From: Ignisphaera sp.
GTDB lineage: Archaea; Thermoproteota; Thermoprotei_A; Sulfolobales; Ignisphaeraceae
Direction of reading: 5' to 3'
Assembly (NCBI GenBank): GCA_038821645.1
Contig: JAWBDT010000007.1
Coordinates: 1 to 64,000, forward strand
DNA length: 64,000 nt
Every line of letters begins with the position of its first letter. The stretch's first letter is position 1. Position numbers and translations under genes: made by a program. Of the stretch, positions 1 through 9,279 are shown piece after piece. The notes beneath the pieces are model-generated. The model saw only the letters and a list, made by a program, of their open reading frames with translations. It did not search any database and was not told where the DNA came from.

Positions 1-3
1 AAT

Positions 4-987
4 ATGGCTAAGTTCTTGGGAATACCTAGAGATGCTATAGCTGTTTATGGTGGAGGTAGTAGAGATATAGGAGATATAACTGTTATGACTTACGATTCAG
101 CTTCAATGAATCTTCATAAATACTTCAATATCTTTGGACTTATTGTTCTCGATGAATGTCATCATACAGTTTCTCGATCATATAGAAATGCGTTAGTCAT
201 GAGTACAGCACCATGTAGATTAGGATTAACAGCTACACCTTTCAGATCTGATGGGCTTCACAAATATTATGAGTATATCATAGGACCTATAATCTACTCT
301 ATAGAGAAGGATGTTTTACAGTCTAGAGGATATCTGGCTAGTCATCGAGAGGAAAGGATTTATGTGGAATTATCTAGAGAAGAATTAGAAATGTATAAGA
401 AGTATATGAGGAGGTATCTAGATTTCTGTGAAAAGAGGTTACCCAATGTCAGAGATTCTAAAAAGAGGTTCCAGATAGTTCTTAGAATGGCTGGTAGAGA
501 TCCTGAAGCTAGAGAAGCTTTAAGAGCTAAACATAGGGCTAGGAGAATAGCTCTATCGACAGATAAAAAGATAAGAGTTGTTGAAGAGCTTCTGAATAAA
601 TATAGAGATGAGAAGATACTGATATTCTCTAGATACACAGACATAGTCAGAAAAATATCAAGACTATTCCTCATACCTAGAATACTTCATGACACTCCTG
701 AAGACGAGAGGAAAAAGTATCTAGATATGTTTAGACGTGGAGAGATAAGGATATTGGCAACAGCCATGGCTCTTGATGAAGGTGTTGATGTGCCTGATGC
801 ATCTATGGCCATAGTTATAAGTGGTACAGGTTCTTATAGAGAGTATATTCAGCGGCTTGGAAGAATACTTAGACCTAAAGATAGAGAAGCTATACTTATC
901 GAGATAATAACTAAAAGAACAGATGAACCCTTGCTAGCAAAAAGAAGAAGAAAATTCGAGATATTTAATGAAGATGAAACTAGATGA
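4..987 (+). CDS. xpb: XPB/Rad25-family SF2 helicase (5' part lies outside the window)
   Basis: DECHH Walker B, GLTATP motif III, EGVDVPDA motif V, QRLGRILR motif VI; Walker A absent because the gene starts upstream; overlaps a Bax1-like gene. Confidence 0.88.
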   Translation: MAKFLGIPRDAIAVYGGGSRDIGDITVMTYDSASMNLHKYFNIFGLIVLDECHHTVSRSYRNALVMSTAPCRLGLTATPFRSDGLHKYYEYIIGPIIYSIEKDVLQSRGYLASHREERIYVELSREELEMYKKYMRRYLDFCEKRLPNVRDSKKRFQIVLRMAGRDPEAREALRAKHRARRIALSTDKKIRVVEELLNKYRDEKILIFSRYTDIVRKISRLFLIPRILHDTPEDERKKYLDMFRRGEIRILATAMALDEGVDVPDASMAIVISGTGSYREYIQRLGRILRPKDREAILIEIITKRTDEPLLAKRRRKFEIFNEDETR

Positions 988-2222
988 CCTACGGCAAACA
1001 AAACCTCAAACTCATATATAAGCGTAATATATGTTACCCCTACTATCTAGATGTGGATAGAGATAGAGACCTAATTAGAGATGTGATAGAGTTTTATGAA
1101 GATAATGTAGGGAAAAGATATGGCGATATAGATTGGGAAGAACTTAGAATCATTGTTGGCGACGATAAACTCTATAAAGCTTTAATGAAGATTATGAAAT
1201 ACTTCTATAAACCTGTAAATGAAAACATACAGAACCTAGACCCAAAAAATTTAAGGGCTAGGGTTTTCCAACTTGTTAACAAACTTTATGGAGGTTTTGT
1301 ACCATTAAATATCAGAGACGAAGCTCTTGAGAAAATAAAAAATTTGTTGGGAATAGATTTTAAAGGATGTCTAGATTCAATTCTATGGATTGATGAAGTA
1401 GATGAAGCAGTACTTAGAAAGGTTAGAGAAGTATCTATAGAGGATGTAGTTAAAGTGTTTAATTTAGAGACATTGGATACAATATTTGTCAACTCATATA
1501 AACTGTTTATCGATATCTATAAGTATGAGAAATCAATAGGGATTATAGCTAAAATCGTTGGAAGAACCTCAAAATTTCATGGAATTGTATACGATATGAG
1601 GTATAGTAACGATTTACTAAAAATCACTATAGAAGGTCCTAGAGCATTATTTAAGAGATCTCTATCGTCATATGGTTCTAGAATAACGTTACTGATTACA
1701 AGTATACTGCCTCTATTATCTAGATCGAGTAGATGGTCTATATATACATATATCTATAGATCGAGAGCTCCATTAAAAACAATAGTTATGTCCGATAACT
1801 TTAAACCATTGATAGGTTCCATAAATCAAGAAAATTCTTTAAAAGAGATTTTTGATAGCTCTATAGAGGAATCTATATATAATGTACTTCGTTCACTAGG
1901 TATAGATATAGTTAGGGAGGAAGAACCTATAGCATTAGGAGATTTAGTATATATACCGGACTTTAAAATATTTGTAAATAGTGAATCGTTTTATGTAGAG
2001 GTTGTTGGTTATTGGAGAAAAGAATACATTGAGAAAAAAATATATAAATTGAACGAGATTTCAAAAGTTACCAAAAACATTATAGTTATTGCTGATGAAA
2101 AACTAAAACCGTATCTCGAGAAACTAAAAATACCTGTAATATACTATACCCTTGTTTATGGCAGACCCATGCTAAATTATAGAAAGATTCTAGAAATAAT
2201 TGGATGGAATGCTGTTAAATAA
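984..2222 (+). CDS. bax1: Bax1 endonuclease (DUF790), XPB partner
   Basis: C-terminal FDSSIEE...IPDF...YVEVVGYWRKEYIEKK PD-(D/E)xK-type motif; IEGP..LF and YG motifs; ATGA overlap with xpb. Confidence 0.85.
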   Translation: MTYGKQNLKLIYKRNICYPYYLDVDRDRDLIRDVIEFYEDNVGKRYGDIDWEELRIIVGDDKLYKALMKIMKYFYKPVNENIQNLDPKNLRARVFQLVNKLYGGFVPLNIRDEALEKIKNLLGIDFKGCLDSILWIDEVDEAVLRKVREVSIEDVVKVFNLETLDTIFVNSYKLFIDIYKYEKSIGIIAKIVGRTSKFHGIVYDMRYSNDLLKITIEGPRALFKRSLSSYGSRITLLITSILPLLSRSSRWSIYTYIYRSRAPLKTIVMSDNFKPLIGSINQENSLKEIFDSSIEESIYNVLRSLGIDIVREEEPIALGDLVYIPDFKIFVNSESFYVEVVGYWRKEYIEKKIYKLNEISKVTKNIIVIADEKLKPYLEKLKIPVIYYTLVYGRPMLNYRKILEIIGWNAVK

Positions 2223-2252
2223 ATAGTATCACTTAAAACATTCTACAGTATA

Positions 2253-3050
2253 TTACTTACATCTATTCAGTAAAAATATCAAACCAAATCCATTAGCTAA
2301 CCTATCTCCAACAAAAGCTTTAAAACAATAGCTATATGGTTTTTGGTTAGGATCTTGAATCTCTAGAGCTTGAAACCCCATATCCATATCCTCAACACCT
2401 TTACATATAATTATGAGACCATTGGTCATCTCTAAACCTGGATACACACCACTAGATCCGTGAACAACTATAGTGCCTCCACTCATTTTAGTTCCTAAGA
2501 AATCTCCAACATCTCCAAAAATCTCTATATATCCCCCTTGCATACAGAAGCCTACATAGTGTTGAGCATTGCCACGAACGATAATTTTTCCTCCCTTCAT
2601 ACCAGTAGAATTGTTAAAGAATAGTTTAGCTCCTACAAAACTGCTTGCCTCGCCATGTACTTCTATAATTCCATTCTCCATAGATACGCCTAACCATTCT
2701 CTAGCACATCCTCTTACTATCAGATATCCTCCCTTCATTCTGTATCCTGCAAAAGGTCCTACATCACCATCGACATAGATAGCTCCTTCTTTCATATCCT
2801 TACCTACAAACCATAGTTTTTCTGTACCAATACCTTTAAAGACAATTTTTATTGATTTTGGGTCTTGTGGAAGATGATTATAACAATCTATTTCGAAAAG
2901 ATCTTCGGCTTTCAAAACTCTGTTACCATATCTTATGGTTATAGATTTCACTTCGTTTATTGTGTATCCAGAGATAATTGAGGGAGAAATGTTACTTACG
3001 TCTATTGGTACTCTAGGTCTTTGGAGAAGTCTAAATATTATTTCAATCAT
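2253..3050 (-). CDS. fwdC: Formylmethanofuran dehydrogenase subunit C (GXGXG beta-helix)
   Basis: Repeated G..M..G.I.V.G units; N-terminal PIDVSNISP...YGNR..DLFEI typical of FwdC; coupled to the fwdD-B gene. Confidence 0.85.
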   Translation of the reverse strand: MIEIIFRLLQRPRVPIDVSNISPSIISGYTINEVKSITIRYGNRVLKAEDLFEIDCYNHLPQDPKSIKIVFKGIGTEKLWFVGKDMKEGAIYVDGDVGPFAGYRMKGGYLIVRGCAREWLGVSMENGIIEVHGEASSFVGAKLFFNNSTGMKGGKIIVRGNAQHYVGFCMQGGYIEIFGDVGDFLGTKMSGGTIVVHGSSGVYPGLEMTNGLIIICKGVEDMDMGFQALEIQDPNQKPYSYCFKAFVGDRLANGFGLIFLLNRCK

Positions 3051-4758
3051 AACCCAATCCTTTCTTTATGTGGTTGAGAAGCATTTTGAGTACATCTACA
3101 TCACATAACATAGACTCTGGAGGATCAATAACTTTATTAACTTTGATCATCTTATAATCCATTCTATATATACTTCCTTCACATTCTATACCTGTTAAAC
3201 ATGTAGGTATAACTACATCGGCTAGCGATGCTGTTAGAGACCATCTACTATCTATAACTATGAGGGGTAATTCAGCTAGAATTTCAACACATTCATTAGG
3301 CATATGTGCAGCGGGATCACTAGCAATTACAATTACAGAATCTACTTCACGATTCTTTAGCAAATCTATGGCTGTAGTTACTCCAGGTGCCATAATAGGT
3401 GTATCGCTATAGAAATCAACTGCAAATGGGTATCCAGTAGAGTTCTTTAGTAGAATGTTGGTGCCTGTCACATTAAAGTGTCCTCGTAAAGGCTGTAGAT
3501 ACCATTCACCATAATCATTCAACTCTTTAACTAGTTCTACAAGCTCTACTATGTTCATGAATCTTGCTCTATTCATAGATAGACCTAGACCAGTAAAAAT
3601 GACTCCCTTTTTAGTGTTCAACAAAATTTTTACGAATCTTTCAATGATATCGGTATCTATATTCATGAGTTTCACTCCATTTTTATATCCCTTGATAATA
3701 GACCTTATAGTTCGTATGAGCTTTAGATCTTTACCAGGCTCTATAATCAATCCAATATCAGCCATCTTCATAGTTTCACTTTCTCTAACATCTATAACAG
3801 CAATACTCTTTACATACTTCTTAATGATATACATGAGTTTTGGATGAGCTTCAGCAGGATTAGCTCCCCATATAACAACAGTATCTATATCACTTAACAT
3901 ATCCAGTTTGAAACTCTTCATAATAGCTCCATCTAAACCCAATAATGTTGGTCCATGACATATTGATGCTGTTGAATCTATAGCACCCTTAAGAATCCTG
4001 GCTATCTCTATAGCTATCTCTATAGCTTCATTCGAAGTACTTGAAAGTCCATAGATAAGTGGATGTTTCGAATTAAGTAAAATATCTACAGCTTTATTCA
4101 TGGCTATAGGTAACGTTACTTCTTTGAATTCGAAGCTATTTGGTATCCTTATTAAAGGTCTCAACACTCTATTCCTATGTCTATTAATAAACTTCGAAAC
4201 CGAAATAGAGCATCCATCTAGAACCTCAAGAACAGTATTACCACACACTTTTATAACAATATTACTACAAACAGCTCCACAAAAAGTACATGTAGCCAGC
4301 TTAACTCCGTTATTACAAACTCCATATTGTTCTACTAGGTCTTTACCAGTAAATGTAATGAAAGGTCTACCTATACTGGCAAAAAGATCCTCCAAATGTG
4401 GTAAAGATTCATCATTATTTACTTTCTCTACACACACTTTTACAGATTTGTAATTAGGCATACCTACTATTGATTTAGAGGATATCAAGAAATTACTCCA
4501 TGGACCTATAGGAATAAATATAACTCTATTAGGTAGAGAAGGATCTTCTTTAACAGGAAGTACAATAATTCTATTATTTGAAATAATTCTAACCATGTTG
4601 TTCAGCTTCAACTTATCTATGTCAGTGGGATTCATATACACTACAGCAACAGATTTCTCATACTCTTTACCAAATTTTCCGCTACTTTCCATGGATATTG
4701 CCTGAAATCGTGTTCTACCAGTTATGAGCGTAAATTCGTTACAGTCTCTGGTACTCAT
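3043..4758 (-). CDS. fwdB: Fused formylmethanofuran dehydrogenase subunits D (N-terminal) and B (C-terminal)
   Basis: FwdD motifs LITGRT..Q, YMNPTD, IFIPIGPWSN; FwdB motifs CTFCGAVC..C (4Fe-4S), ASICHGPT (Mo/W Cys ligand), WGANPAEAHP, PLRGHFNVTG, GIECEGSIYRMD. Confidence 0.85.
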   Translation of the reverse strand: MSTRDCNEFTLITGRTRFQAISMESSGKFGKEYEKSVAVVYMNPTDIDKLKLNNMVRIISNNRIIVLPVKEDPSLPNRVIFIPIGPWSNFLISSKSIVGMPNYKSVKVCVEKVNNDESLPHLEDLFASIGRPFITFTGKDLVEQYGVCNNGVKLATCTFCGAVCSNIVIKVCGNTVLEVLDGCSISVSKFINRHRNRVLRPLIRIPNSFEFKEVTLPIAMNKAVDILLNSKHPLIYGLSSTSNEAIEIAIEIARILKGAIDSTASICHGPTLLGLDGAIMKSFKLDMLSDIDTVVIWGANPAEAHPKLMYIIKKYVKSIAVIDVRESETMKMADIGLIIEPGKDLKLIRTIRSIIKGYKNGVKLMNIDTDIIERFVKILLNTKKGVIFTGLGLSMNRARFMNIVELVELVKELNDYGEWYLQPLRGHFNVTGTNILLKNSTGYPFAVDFYSDTPIMAPGVTTAIDLLKNREVDSVIVIASDPAAHMPNECVEILAELPLIVIDSRWSLTASLADVVIPTCLTGIECEGSIYRMDYKMIKVNKVIDPPESMLCDVDVLKMLLNHIKKGLGYD

Positions 4759-5218
4759 ACTTCAGTCCTACGTTATACTGTTTAACACAGGTTTTATAAA
4801 TGGATATTCTGCATAGATATACTTAAATCCATGATCAATATACATAATTATTTAAATAAAACTAAATCTTAACTTAAAAGACTTAGAATATCGGGAAATT
4901 ATTAAGGTGTTGAGATACAGAACATAGTGTCTAGCATCAGTAAAACAGAAATTCTATAGAAACATCTTAATCAAGTATCTTAGTAAGTATCAGGCATCGT
5001 TACAGCAAAGATGTTGAGAAAGGCTATCATGTGATGGGTAATTGATATCATGTTTTGGTTTACTAAAACATTATAGAGATATATTGAGATCTAATTGTTG
5101 TATTTGCTTATGTAGTTCATTAAAGGTGTATAGAGATCTAAGCTGTTCATATTTATATTTGGAGATAAATAAGGTATAGTACAACACATGTTAAGCTAGG
5201 TTAAGAAGATCAGGGTTA

Positions 5219-6289
5219 GTGGGTTATATGGATATGAATGGTGGAAATGTCTACGAGAAGGAGTTAATGTATATAGATACAGAAATTGTGAAGCTTATAC
5301 TAAAACGTATAGAGATCCTTAAGCAGTTTGACTATAATTATTTGAAGTATATGCTCATTTCTAGAAGAAAGAATACTGTGGAAGCACTTGCAGAAAGATA
5401 TGGTATCTCACGTGATATGCTTTTGCATATATTTAGCTATATAGATGGAATAGCGATAGAATCAATAAAGCCTTTAACTGTAGGTTTTTTAGGTCCTAGA
5501 GGAAGCTTTACCGAAGAAGCAGCTCTCAAAATGTTTAATGATCAAGGAGCTCTACTTATACCTTATCCGTCTATATACGATATATTTAGAGCTGTAGAAA
5601 ATGGAGAAGTAGAGTATGGTGTTGTACCTTTAGAGAATTCTCTTGAAGGAAGTGTTGGTGAGACTCTCGATATGCTTGCACAAACATCAGTTAAAATATG
5701 TGGAGAAACTGAGGTGAGAATCAGCCACAATCTTATAGCTAAACCTGGAACCAGATTAGAGGATATAAAAATAGTTTTAAGTCATCCTATGGCCTTAGCT
5801 CAGTGCAGAAGCTTTATTTACACAAAGCTTAAGAATGTAAAGATAGAAACCAGATCGAGTACAGCTGAAGCTGTTAAAGAATGTATCGAAAGAGAGAATG
5901 CAGCTGCTATAGGCTCAGAACTAGCGGCACGAATTTATGGTGGCGAGATCCTGGTTAGAGGGATAGAGGATCATAAAGAAAACTATACAAGATTTATCGC
6001 CATAGGCAATAAACCGCTCGATAAAGGTACTGATGTGAAAACCTCAGTAATATTTACTTTAAGAGATGTTCCTGGAGCACTCTATAAAGCTCTAGAGCCC
6101 TTCGCTATAAGAGGTATAAATCTAACGAAGATAGAATCTAGACCGATAAAAGGTAGACCATGGGAATATATGTTCTTTATGGACTTCAATGGATCGATTG
6201 AGGATAGTAAGATTAGAGACGTATTAGAGGAATTCATTGTTAGAACTACATCAGTCAAGATCTTAGGATCATATAGAAAGATACCATAG
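5219..6289 (+). CDS. pheA: Prephenate dehydratase with a degenerate N-terminal chorismate-mutase-like region and C-terminal ACT domain
   Basis: FLGPRGSFTEEA, PLENSLEGSV, SHPMALAQC, NYTRF, NLTKIESRP motifs. Confidence 0.92.
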   Translation: MGYMDMNGGNVYEKELMYIDTEIVKLILKRIEILKQFDYNYLKYMLISRRKNTVEALAERYGISRDMLLHIFSYIDGIAIESIKPLTVGFLGPRGSFTEEAALKMFNDQGALLIPYPSIYDIFRAVENGEVEYGVVPLENSLEGSVGETLDMLAQTSVKICGETEVRISHNLIAKPGTRLEDIKIVLSHPMALAQCRSFIYTKLKNVKIETRSSTAEAVKECIERENAAAIGSELAARIYGGEILVRGIEDHKENYTRFIAIGNKPLDKGTDVKTSVIFTLRDVPGALYKALEPFAIRGINLTKIESRPIKGRPWEYMFFMDFNGSIEDSKIRDVLEEFIVRTTSVKILGSYRKIP

Positions 6290-6345
6290 CTTTAACTACA
6301 AAAACTTTTTAACCTTTACAAAAGAGTGTATTATGATCACCGACT

Positions 6346-7308
6346 GTGGAATCTATGGAGAGCTCTGAATCTGGAGAAGATGATTCATCTAGTAGATGTT
6401 TAGATATAATCTTCAGAAAAGCCAAACATTCTGAAGCTGATGACATCTTTAAGATATACAATGATAGTATTGAGTATCTAGATAAAGAAAGTAAAGAATG
6501 GATAGAGAGTATAATAAGGAAAAGAAGTAAAAGAGCACGAATCTATGTAGCTATAGTTGATGAAAAAGTTGTCGGATTCGCCATAGTCTACAAAAAAAGA
6601 AATAATGCCTATATCGATGCTCTTGCTGTAGACATTAAGTATAGAGGTAAGGGGATAGGTAGTTGTCTATTAAGCTACATAGAGGGTGTCTTGTCTAGAG
6701 AAGGAGTTGAAAAGATATACCTAACAGTTAAAAACCATAACAATAAAGCACTAGGTATCTACATCAAGAACGGATACAAGATATCCAATATAATCTTTAT
6801 TCTTGAAGCTAGATCTAGTGATATAGATGTTCATACAGAAAACCTAGATAAGATATCAATTAAAATGGATAGTGCTAAGAAAATATCTTTCCCCAAGGTT
6901 AAACTCCTAGATACGGCACTATGGAGCAATTTCACATGGGATGTAGATGAAGCTATCTATAGAATGAGTAAAGAAGAAGCAATAAATATAGCTGTATATA
7001 ACGGTAAAAGAGTTGCAGGTGTAGCTCAAATAACAGTTGAAGACAACAAAATTACTGTTGAGAGACTAGCTATATCTTATTATAAACCATCAGAATCATT
7101 AAAGATACTTATAAATGCTATAAAGATACATATGGACAGAAACTCTGAAGTATCCATAATCATTCCTGTAGATTCTACAAAATCATCATTACTAAAGACA
7201 CTTATATCCATAGGATTCAGAATAATTGATAGCGAATACGTTCTACACAAATATCTCTCAATAGAGGAACATCAAGCATCTATACCTCTCACTCTTCAGC
7301 CTCAATAA
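6346..7308 (+). CDS. GNAT N-acetyltransferase, probably tandem-domain
   Basis: LAVDIKYRGKGIGS acetyl-CoA motif A, N..ALGIYIKNGY motif B; second weaker GNAT-like half. Confidence 0.75.
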   Translation: MESMESSESGEDDSSSRCLDIIFRKAKHSEADDIFKIYNDSIEYLDKESKEWIESIIRKRSKRARIYVAIVDEKVVGFAIVYKKRNNAYIDALAVDIKYRGKGIGSCLLSYIEGVLSREGVEKIYLTVKNHNNKALGIYIKNGYKISNIIFILEARSSDIDVHTENLDKISIKMDSAKKISFPKVKLLDTALWSNFTWDVDEAIYRMSKEEAINIAVYNGKRVAGVAQITVEDNKITVERLAISYYKPSESLKILINAIKIHMDRNSEVSIIIPVDSTKSSLLKTLISIGFRIIDSEYVLHKYLSIEEHQASIPLTLQPQ

Positions 7309-7523
7309 ACAATTAATGTAGAAATACTGAAAATATCAATATCAAAGTCTACAATATCGATGTAGCAATAGTAGTTTATCTTTATATTATATAATAAAGA
7401 TTTCACTTTATAACATATTATCATATCTATCACATCAAACAGATTACCTATAATGCGTTGCATCTTATTGAGGTTAGCTAAACTTTTAAATACAAGCTAT
7501 ACAAAACCACTTGGTGATTCCAT

Positions 7524-7667
7524 ATAGCTTTAGAAAAACAATGTTACGACATATGTGATGATATTATTGATTGTAGTACATGTAGTAATGATACTTGTGA
7601 AAAAGTTTGTGAAGAACTTGAAGACAAATGTCCAAGTATATGTATAGAAGTGTTAGAGGAAAGCTAG
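7524..7667 (+). CDS. Putative 47-aa Cys-rich acidic microprotein (ATA start)
   Basis: Translates IALEKQCYDICDDIIDCSTCSNDTCEKVCEELEDKCPSICIEVLEES*; GGTGA at 7513-7517 six nt before ATA; TATA-like CTTTTAAA at about 7483-7490. Confidence 0.55.
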   Translation: MALEKQCYDICDDIIDCSTCSNDTCEKVCEELEDKCPSICIEVLEES

Positions 7668-8410
7668 AATTGTCAACATATTCATGAAACTCATTCATCA
7701 GGTATATCAACAAGTATAGATTATGTATATAGAGAGACGCGTAATATAGTACAATACTTCAATTGTTTAATAGTTAAGACTGTAGTTAATGTATTCCCAT
7801 AACTATGTATAGAAATTATATACAGCTTATTATCAAGTAACAAGATAATGTATAATAATAAGTTATTAAATTATAGGTGAATTCTTGATATGCTTCTGTA
7901 TTACTGAATCCCAATTAAACATTACCTGAATCTATTGACAGCCTCATTATATATGTTATTTAACTCTTTTTAACTATGGATCCATAGATCTTGGCATAAA
8001 TATTATAGATGTAGATTATACTATTTTCGTAAACTATTATGTTGACTATAATGATTGTTACAAGCATCTCCATACTTGACATATTGCTAGTGATTATGAA
8101 AATATTTGGCTTAATTGGAAGGCTGAATCTCTCAATGAGAAATATTGTACTGTTTCCGATGTATAGTTTCTTACTATATGATTTTATTTCTCATAACTTA
8201 TGATGTAGCAGAATTTTACACTATTGTAGAGTAATGTTTTATCAAATCTTAGTCATCATCTTCGTCTTAGACTATATCGATGCACAATCCATATTTGATA
8301 CTTAAAGGCTCTAATGCTCTAAAACAATCGCTTTATACAATACATATGAATGATTTTCAATCTGATTCTATGTTATAGATTCATACTAGTAATAGATAAA
8401 AATGATTACA

Positions 8411-8803
8411 TTAATGTAATTCTGCTCTATACCACCCTATGAAATCTTTTAAAGCTGATTTTGCATGTGATATATATGATTTACTATACTGTGAATTAAT
8501 GGTGTTTAAATATTTTTCAAGTGATTCTTCGTCGGGCTCTACTCTATTTGATTCACACCATTCTAGGAAGCTCTTAATTGTCTTTAGTTTTGTCTTTTTC
8601 GTGCTTTCTGAATACCCTTTAAGTGATTTTTCATACTCATATAGAATTTCATCTGCTGTTATAACTAGTTTTTTGTTGTTTTTTAGCCATTCACTAAGGA
8701 TACTGTTTACCAGACTTTTTGAATCAATGCCAAGTCTTTTTGCAGCAATAGTAATCTTTGCAATGATATCAGTATCTATTTCGATATTACTCAAATTTGA
8801 CAT
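8411..8803 (-). CDS. RHH-like N-terminus fused to a tyrosine-recombinase SAM-like core-binding domain; no catalytic domain
   Basis: IEIDTD..AKRLGIDSKSLVNSILSEW resembles CopG/RHH; KGYSESTKKTKLKTIKSFLEW...LEKYL...YSKSYISHAKSALKDFIGW matches the integrase N-terminal SAM-like pattern; GGTGA RBS upstream. Confidence 0.6.
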   Translation of the reverse strand: MSNLSNIEIDTDIIAKITIAAKRLGIDSKSLVNSILSEWLKNNKKLVITADEILYEYEKSLKGYSESTKKTKLKTIKSFLEWCESNRVEPDEESLEKYLNTINSQYSKSYISHAKSALKDFIGWYRAELH

Positions 8804-9279
8804 GTTTTCACCACTTAGTAAACTCTACATAGATATCTATTTAAGTTACTCAGCATATAGAAGCAGAACGAAGAATTAATGTCCACATTTCTATTAATAG
8901 AATCATATAGTGTTGTTTTCAATACCCTAGCACTTAGATTGTTGAGTTTCATTGTGTATCGAATTCCAAGATTTATGTATCAGTAGCAACAAATTAGGAT
9001 AACCATAATAATAGATGCTATACCAGCTGAAAAATGGTAAGCGAGTATTAGTGTATAACAAATCAAAAACACATACAAAATGTTCATGTAGAACTACTCA
9101 TTCTGGTATCAAGAAAAATGGAAATACCTTGTGATTCCCTTAACAATCATGGATATAGGGATCAGATCTATATGTAATTTGGTAATGTTTACTCAAATCG
9201 TATTTAATTTGATTTGATTTGTGTAAAAAGATCTTTGGCTGATTATTGATTAATAAAAAATCTAAGTAACTAATGATAT

